Below, piece by piece: positions 14,686 to 20,000 of a stretch of 20,000 bases of DNA (its first letter is position 1; every line of letters starts with the position of its first letter). Under the pieces are notes generated by a model. The model did not search any database, had not been told where the DNA came from, and saw only the letters and a list, made by a program, of their open reading frames with translations. This DNA is from an uncultured virus (IMG/VR IMGVR_UViG_3300029288_000087) (taxonomy: Duplodnaviria > Heunggongvirae > Uroviricota > Caudoviricetes). The stretch lies in the IMG/VR virus record IMGVR_UViG_3300029288_000087; one strand, given 5' to 3'. The translations under genes were made by a program, and so were the position numbers.

Positions 14686-16353
14686 ATGCTCATGCGCGCA
14701 CGTAGACCGTTTGGCATCTTCAACAACGTGCCCGAGCCATTGCGCGGGCTCGGGGAGGAAGACAAGGGCGACGAGTCTGGGTGCGAGTCGCTGATCCTTG
14801 CGGGGAAAACGAAAGAGTACGAGCAGTGCGAGGAATCATACTGGGGGAGCAGCGCGGGTGACTGTCACCAGTTTCAGAAGCGCATGAGAGAAGGGGGCGA
14901 GATCAACGACGATTGGTGTAGGAGCAAAGGAGGCACCGATCCCGAGCCCTGCGTCGAGCTGGCGCACTCCTGCATTTCCACCGTGGTTTGCCAAGTCTTC
15001 AACTACATGTACGGCGGGGGCGCGTTCACAAAGCAATGCGGCCAGTACGGCGAGCCCGTGGGGGATGTGATCTGGTACCTGTCCGGTTTTCAGTTCGCCT
15101 CCGGTCTGCTTGGCCCCATTTCGGAAGCAATCAAGTGCATCGGTGCCAACTCAGGATCCTGCTGGACCAACATAGAGACCCTCTATTCCCAGTATGCGAA
15201 GGGCGTCGGGAAACTCCTCGCCGACATCACCAAACTCTGGGACACCCAAAGGGCCGAGGCGGGGCTGCCCTGGTCTGCGGTCTGCATCGACGCCCCATTC
15301 CTGAGTATCGCCGCGATGATCGCAAGGGGAGATGTCCCCGCTACCCTGAACGCGCCGTCGAGGGCAAAGCTCCTCAGTGCGTTGAAAGCCTCCCAGGGCT
15401 ACGCGCCCAAGGGCTGGGCGGTCACGGAGGGCTACGCGCCCAAGGGCTTCACGATGGCGTGCGTCAAGGACGGGGGATGCGAGTGCCCACCGAAAACCTT
15501 CGGCCTGGAGGAAGCCTTCGTCGAGCTTTCCCTGTGGACTGACCCAAACGGGTTTCAGAAGACCATTTCGACAAACAGGCTGGTGTTCCTCAACAAGAGC
15601 AGCTGGGTGCAGGCGTTCTCACGAGGGATAGCCTCCAGCGTCCAGCTTGTGGATCCTGAGATCGCGAAAACGTTGAAGCCTGTTTCTGTGATGTCGCTTA
15701 CGAGAAAGTTCATCGCGGGTCCGGTGGGCCTGTCGGGCGAAGACATGTCCGGGTACTCGCCCCCTATGCTCCCGGAGGGATCCAAGCCTCTCAAGCTGTT
15801 CTTGACGTACGACCTGTTCAAGCTGAACTACGAGAACAGCTCCGACAACTGCGCCTTCAACCTGTACATCGACCAGAAAGGTGGGCCGGAAGCGTGCAAG
15901 AGCATCGCGGCCTCCAACGATTCCAGGGTCTGCGCAGGCGTTGCGCAAGAGCTTCTTAGTCAGAGGCTGGAGGCTTTGCGCCGGGTGCTCCCACTCGTCA
16001 TTGGCGCGATGACGGCGCACAACGCGCACTATGCCATGCGGTGGCAGCAGTCCAAGGGAACCATCCCTTTCCCTGCCCAGGGCGCTCCCGCCAAGAAGAT
16101 GTTGTCCGTGAGGGCACTGAAGCTCGACCTCGTACCGGCTGCTCCCAAGGCCAAGGTCTCCATTGCGCCGAAAAACAGGTTCTCCATCGTCCAGCCGTTG
16201 AAGCCGGGTGTGGATCTACCGGGCAGAGCAGGGTCCGTCACAAGATGGGTGCTCATCGCGGCGATCGCGGCCCTTGTCGGTGTGGGGATCTGGGCCGGGA
16301 CGAAAAAAAGGCGAGCAGCCCCGAACCGCCGCCGCAGAATCCGCCGATACTGA
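14686..16353 (+). CDS. Large Cys-rich protein with C-terminal TM and Arg-rich tail (possible virion/membrane protein)
   Basis: 555 aa, GAGG SD, many Cys, TM WVLIAAIAALVGVGIWAG followed by TKKRRAAPNRRRRIRRY. Confidence 0.8.
   Translation: MLMRARRPFGIFNNVPEPLRGLGEEDKGDESGCESLILAGKTKEYEQCEESYWGSSAGDCHQFQKRMREGGEINDDWCRSKGGTDPEPCVELAHSCISTVVCQVFNYMYGGGAFTKQCGQYGEPVGDVIWYLSGFQFASGLLGPISEAIKCIGANSGSCWTNIETLYSQYAKGVGKLLADITKLWDTQRAEAGLPWSAVCIDAPFLSIAAMIARGDVPATLNAPSRAKLLSALKASQGYAPKGWAVTEGYAPKGFTMACVKDGGCECPPKTFGLEEAFVELSLWTDPNGFQKTISTNRLVFLNKSSWVQAFSRGIASSVQLVDPEIAKTLKPVSVMSLTRKFIAGPVGLSGEDMSGYSPPMLPEGSKPLKLFLTYDLFKLNYENSSDNCAFNLYIDQKGGPEACKSIAASNDSRVCAGVAQELLSQRLEALRRVLPLVIGAMTAHNAHYAMRWQQSKGTIPFPAQGAPAKKMLSVRALKLDLVPAAPKAKVSIAPKNRFSIVQPLKPGVDLPGRAGSVTRWVLIAAIAALVGVGIWAGTKKRRAAPNRRRRIRRY
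15395..15448 (+). repeat. 21-bp perfect direct repeat (period 33) encoding GYAPKG twice
   Basis: AGGGCTACGCGCCCAAGGGCT at 15395-15415 and 15428-15448. Confidence 0.9.
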
Positions 16354-16386
16354 AACAAGTTGGAGGAACGGGACAGCTCGTGATAC

Positions 16387-16415
16387 GCATGGTGTCGAAG
16401 GAGCGACAACCATGC
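16387..16415 (+). promoter_or_regulatory. RNA hairpin holding the SD in its loop and the start codon in its stem
   Basis: GCATGGT-GTCG-[AAGGAG]-CGAC-A-ACCATGC: 11-bp stem with one bulge. Confidence 0.65.
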
Positions 16416-17146
16416 AATTTGTCGAGATTTTGTTCGGTATCATCCTGATGTTCGCCGCTACCCGAGGGAAATTGCCTGAAGATCAGGTGCGACTTCACCA
16501 AGTGGCCTTTGATCAGTGGGAAGCCGTCGATGCAGCGCCCCAAACCCCTGTCCGCGGAGAAGCGGGCCGCGAAGCATCAGCGCTGGCCCTGGCAGCCGTC
16601 TCGGGGCACGAGAGCGGGTTCTGGTCCAAGGTCCAGGACTGCTCGGCCTGCTTCGTCGGTAGCCAGTATTGTGATCGCGGAATGAGTATTTCACTTTTTC
16701 AGTTGCGCACCGGGAGCGGGGCGTTCGGCGACTACACGCGCGAGCAGCTCTGTGAAAGCAATGCGCTGGCGACGGAGCGCGCGCTCGTGCTGCTCAACCG
16801 GCATCGGCGGGCGCACACGACCCTGGCGCTGTTCAAGGGCTACGCACGCGGGGGTCGCAGCGGAGCCGCCGAGGAGATGGACGCGATGTACGCGACGGCG
16901 CTGCGCAAGGCGGGCATCGTCGTCACCTACGGCACGACGGTCGATGCCGAAGGCAAGGAGCACAGGGGGCTCAAGGCTGCTTGGCTCCCTGGCCGGAAGC
17001 CGGTGCCGGGTGAACCAGAAGCTGCCATGCCCACGTTGCCCAGACTCGACATCCGTCTGCCCGATCCCCTGCGTATTGGGGCCTGGAACAGTGAAGCTGG
17101 TCGTCCCACATACCAACTTCGATTTCTCGCGCATCCAGGTACCTAA
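16412..17146 (+). CDS. Lysozyme-like (divergent lytic transglycosylase) protein with N-terminal hydrophobic segment
   Basis: AAGGAG SD; ALALAAVSGHESGF (helix-ES catalytic motif), SISLFQL (GLMQ equivalent), FKGYARG (AYN equivalent). Confidence 0.65.
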   Translation: MQFVEILFGIILMFAATRGKLPEDQVRLHQVAFDQWEAVDAAPQTPVRGEAGREASALALAAVSGHESGFWSKVQDCSACFVGSQYCDRGMSISLFQLRTGSGAFGDYTREQLCESNALATERALVLLNRHRRAHTTLALFKGYARGGRSGAAEEMDAMYATALRKAGIVVTYGTTVDAEGKEHRGLKAAWLPGRKPVPGEPEAAMPTLPRLDIRLPDPLRIGAWNSEAGRPTYQLRFLAHPGT

Positions 17147-17576
17147 ACCCCGTCCTGCTCACCATTTGCACAAACGCTTCCAGCCCCTTGGCCGCTCGCC
17201 TGAGCTTCGGAGGCCCAAGCCAGACGACCTCACGAGCCCCGAGCCCATCCAGCCGCTTCGACACGCGGGCCAGGAACGGCCCCTCGTTGCGGACAACGGA
17301 CGGCCCCATATACGCATCGTTCGAGCCCAGACTGACCAGCACAGCGGTGGGACGGAACTGCGCGGCCATGGCCCACAGCGGGCCGTCAGAAGCCCAGGAA
17401 ATGACGCTGGAGCCAGGAGCGACGACCGCTTTGAACGTGACGCCGTCACGCGTGGCGAGAACAGGAAACTCGTGCGAGAGCAGGAACGCTTGGGAGTCCC
17501 CGATGAGGAGCACACGATCGCCTGCCGTGAGGGACATGAGCCCAATGGTAAACCCGAGTGTCCAGAATCCCGTCAC
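16971..17576 (-). CDS. Second SGNH/GDSL hydrolase with N-terminal signal/TM
   Basis: IGDSQ, LGSND, DQLH motifs; VVWLGPP; GTGA overlap with upstream gene. Confidence 0.85.
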   Translation of the reverse strand: MTGFWTLGFTIGLMSLTAGDRVLLIGDSQAFLLSHEFPVLATRDGVTFKAVVAPGSSVISWASDGPLWAMAAQFRPTAVLVSLGSNDAYMGPSVVRNEGPFLARVSKRLDGLGAREVVWLGPPKLRRAAKGLEAFVQMVSRTGFRYLDAREIEVGMWDDQLHCSRPQYAGDRADGCRVWATWAWQLLVHPAPASGQGAKQP

Positions 17577-18073
17577 GTGCAGCCCTGCTTGATGTAGCGG
17601 ACGAGCTGGTCCATCGTCCTGAGCGCGGATCGCTGACAGACGTAGAAGTTCTCGTCGATGTTGCGTACCCGATCGTGTTTGGCCACGATCCGGAAAAACG
17701 TCTTGGTTTGACTGTTGATCGCGAGCATCGCTCCGGTGATCTGGCTGACGAACACGTAGGCGACCGGCGGGGGCTTCTTCGCATCGTAGCCCGCAACGGT
17801 GTCTACAAAGGGTTCGTCGTAGGGGAAGTCGGCAGCGCAGGTGAACCGCTCCCCGCGGCTCTTGATCTCGATGACGTGCCCATCAACGATCAGGTCGGTA
17901 TCGGACTTCGTCCACCGGCTCGCTTCCGATACGTCCTGCCGCACCGTTAGGTTGGGGATCTCGACGGCGAGCCCCGAGCACCGGAAGAAGACGGCGGGCA
18001 GGTGCTGCCACGCGTAGCCCTTCTTCAGCTGATCGAAGAACAGCGCGTCGTTCGAGAACCAGTCCTCGCTCAC
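17573..18073 (-). CDS. Putative PD-(D/E)XK nuclease-fold protein
   Basis: DTDLIVDGHVIEIKSR matches D...ExK; GTGA-coupled. Confidence 0.65.
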   Translation of the reverse strand: MSEDWFSNDALFFDQLKKGYAWQHLPAVFFRCSGLAVEIPNLTVRQDVSEASRWTKSDTDLIVDGHVIEIKSRGERFTCAADFPYDEPFVDTVAGYDAKKPPPVAYVFVSQITGAMLAINSQTKTFFRIVAKHDRVRNIDENFYVCQRSALRTMDQLVRYIKQGCT

Positions 18074-18522
18074 AACGAGCCTTCGCGCACACGTCGGAGC
18101 GTGTCCCCGATCTGTTGCTGCAAAGCGATCGATTCTACCCGGAGCGCTTCATACTTCGCCATGAGAACGCCGAGATCGGACGGCGCGTCCGTCTGGTCGT
18201 TGTTGTACCGGCATGTCGAATCAGGCTCTGATCGGAACCACTTCTGGACGGCCTCCATCCATTCACCGCGGCACCCCTTGCACACGCGCATCGAGAACAG
18301 GCCATACGTCGTCGCCTGTTCCTCCCACTTGTACGGAGGAGCCTCGAACTCCGCACAGCCGAACTTCGGGTCGTCACCGCAGGACTTCACGACGACGCCA
18401 TGCAGCCCGATCGGCATCAGAGGGATGCCAAGCTCGCGCATATCGTAGAAGCACGCCATGCACAACGTGCGCCTGTCCGTGCCGATGCTCCCGCAGCGTT
18501 CGCACTTCTCGCCTTCGCTCAC
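18070..18522 (-). CDS. Zinc-finger-like hypothetical phage protein
   Basis: GTG 18522 overlaps upstream stop; CERC...DRRTLCMACFY...RVCKGCR; coiled-coil tail. Confidence 0.75.
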   Translation of the reverse strand: MSEGEKCERCGSIGTDRRTLCMACFYDMRELGIPLMPIGLHGVVVKSCGDDPKFGCAEFEAPPYKWEEQATTYGLFSMRVCKGCRGEWMEAVQKWFRSEPDSTCRYNNDQTDAPSDLGVLMAKYEALRVESIALQQQIGDTLRRVREGSL

Positions 18523-18932
18523 GGCTTTTCTCCTTCTGGCACCTTGTGCGCCTGAACCTTGCACGACGTGAACCACTGCGGCCTGAGATTGTACTTGTCG
18601 AGCCACGTGTTCCAGGTGGCTTCGAGCATCGCGTCGAGATCCTCCATCTCCCCGCGCGGAACATCGTCGAGCCACGTCTCTACCCAGTCGGCTCCGAGTG
18701 TGTCGTCGCAGGCGCGCTCTTGTGCATCCTCGATCACGCGGTCCGCAACGGGTGGATACGTTTCGGTCGTGTAGTCAGCCTCGCACGTCCAGAAGTTGTC
18801 GCCGGGCTCCAGATCGAACTCCGCGACGGCTGCGGCCATGGCCTCCTCGCGCGTGTCGAACGGGCCGCACGAAAACGACTCCTCGCTGTCGCTGGCCCAA
18901 AACGAAGGTTTCGATTCTGTCTTGTCTGCCAT
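18519..18932 (-). CDS. Acidic hypothetical phage protein (paralog of 1572-1958)
   Basis: GPFDTREEAM motif; GGAG upstream; coupled to downstream gene. Confidence 0.8.
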   Translation of the reverse strand: MADKTESKPSFWASDSEESFSCGPFDTREEAMAAAVAEFDLEPGDNFWTCEADYTTETYPPVADRVIEDAQERACDDTLGADWVETWLDDVPRGEMEDLDAMLEATWNTWLDKYNLRPQWFTSCKVQAHKVPEGEKP

Positions 18933-18935
18933 TGC

Positions 18936-19388
18936 TCAATACTCCGTAGTGCAAAGGTATCCGCGTCCATCCGACTGGCACCACTCCGCACACGTCTTGC
19001 GCGGGTGGCCGACTGGGCAGTCATCGTAGTGGCCGTTCGGACCTGGGGCGTCCTTCGGTTGCGGCATCGGCGGCAAGTCCTTCAGCCTCGCTCCTACCTT
19101 CGCCATGAAGCCAACGTAGTTCGTCGCCGCTGTGTTGTAAGCGTCCGCAACGGCTTGGTGCGCCTTGGCCCTGGCCCCGCAGCCGCAGTCAGTTGTCGGT
19201 GTCGTGTCGTCGAGCCAGATGGCCAGCATCGAGTCGTCGGGTAGCATCTCCCACTCGCTATCGGGATAGTCTTCGCGATTTTCTCCCGTCGTATTACACC
19301 AGACAGCCCACGCGTCGTCGATGTCGGCGGCAACGACCCACTCGTAATCGTTGGTGAAGACGTGAAGTCCGTCACTCGGCGGGGTCAT
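18936..19388 (-). CDS. Hypothetical phage protein
   Basis: ATGA overlap start; LHVFTNDYEWVVAADIDDA...CAEWC...GRGYLCTTEY. Confidence 0.75.
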   Translation of the reverse strand: MTPPSDGLHVFTNDYEWVVAADIDDAWAVWCNTTGENREDYPDSEWEMLPDDSMLAIWLDDTTPTTDCGCGARAKAHQAVADAYNTAATNYVGFMAKVGARLKDLPPMPQPKDAPGPNGHYDDCPVGHPRKTCAEWCQSDGRGYLCTTEY

Positions 19389-19720
19389 GGCACTACTCGC
19401 TTTCGTTCTGCGATCGTCGCACCCGTCTCGTCCTCCACGCACATCGACACGCGCCCGCTCTTGTACACCGTCACCCACAGAACGAACGGCCCGACACGCA
19501 TCCACCACGTTCGCGTGGTCATCTGCTCGATGTGCAGCCAGTGATCGATCACAAGTTCGTCGAAGCACAGGTCGCTCCGTTCCTCGATCGCGAAGTCTTC
19601 GGCGCGCGAATGGGCAAGGATGCGCCAATGGTGCCCGGGGCGCGCGGCCATGGTGCGGTTGTGGGCGGCAACGCGCTTGTTCCACGATGACAGACTCTCG
19701 CCCGCACGACGCGCTTTCAT
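19385..19720 (-). CDS. Hypothetical phage protein
   Basis: GAGGTG SD, ATGA overlap; FDELVIDHWLHIEQM...WWMRVG motif. Confidence 0.75.
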   Translation of the reverse strand: MKARRAGESLSSWNKRVAAHNRTMAARPGHHWRILAHSRAEDFAIEERSDLCFDELVIDHWLHIEQMTTRTWWMRVGPFVLWVTVYKSGRVSMCVEDETGATIAERKRVVP

Positions 19721-20000
19721 CCCCCACCTCCCCCGCGCAGGGCGGCTTCCAGCGTTTGGATTGCCGACTTGATGTGCGCCTCCAGGTCGGTCACGGTCGC
19801 GAACCACACGATGCCGCGCGAGTCGTCAAGCACTTTACGCGCAGCTTCCACCGCCGCGTCCCGGGCCTGCTCGGCGGCGCGCCGCAGGTCCGCCCTGCGC
19901 TTCGGCGGGTGCACCCCGGCCGCTGGGTTCGCCAGGATGATGTGGCGTTCTACGGCATCCTGGAAGCACGCGCGCAGCAGGTTGAGCACGTTGCGCACGG
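19717..20000 (-). CDS. Partial protein: end of tyrosine-integrase core-binding (SAM-like) domain plus short helical tail, no catalytic domain
   Basis: VRNVLNLLRACFQDAVERHIILANPAAGVHPPKR is typical of the end of integrase CB domains; stop follows about 60 aa later; 5' end is outside the window. Confidence 0.65.
   Translation of the reverse strand, partial: VRNVLNLLRACFQDAVERHIILANPAAGVHPPKRRADLRRAAEQARDAAVEAARKVLDDSRGIVWFATVTDLEAHIKSAIQTLEAALRGGGGG

Larger units (their letters stand above)
1..20000. mobile_element. Bacteriophage/prophage genome segment
   Basis: Dense small hypothetical ORFs with ATGA/GTGA overlaps, many Zn-finger-like proteins, lytic enzymes, integrase-like fragment, no housekeeping genes. 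No hallmark structural gene in the window. Confidence 0.8.

Noticed and set aside
16303..16309. A7 run that could fuse the 555-aa protein to the lysozyme-like ORF by +1 slippage (that frame is open from 16208)
   Set aside because: Not a canonical slippery heptamer in frame, explained by Lys codons, and the downstream gene has its own SD; open frames are common at this GC content.
1..20000. tRNA, rRNA, CRISPR array or diversity-generating retroelement
   Set aside because: No cloverleaf/T-loop signature, regularly spaced repeats, reverse transcriptase or TR/VR pair seen by eye; tRNAscan-SE and a self dot-plot would confirm.

Overview
GC-rich segment of a bacterial virus (phage or prophage; host tentatively Myxococcota-like). 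No capsid, terminase, tRNA or CRISPR is visible. The left arm (+, 313-5126) and right arm (-, 16971-20000) are strings of small, translationally coupled, often Cys-rich phage genes pointing inward. The middle holds three blocks. (1) A glycan-decoration island (5155-10808): wHTH regulator, short UDP-glucose dehydrogenase, two GT-A glycosyltransferases and four SAM methyltransferases of four families. (2) An apparently complete IS607 element (~11283-13031) with serine transposase TnpA and a Fanzor2-like TnpB (rearranged RuvC, no zinc-finger Cys). It inserted at a TGGGGG site in the last codons of a lytic transglycosylase gene; the empty site, probable TAM, omegaRNA pseudoknot and guide can be read from the sequence. 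(3) A membrane/cell-wall module: tail-anchored glutaredoxin, tail-anchored SLT, a second lysozyme-like protein whose start codon sits in a hairpin, two SGNH esterases and a large Cys-rich tail-anchored protein. All calls come from motif recognition by eye; no database searches were run.
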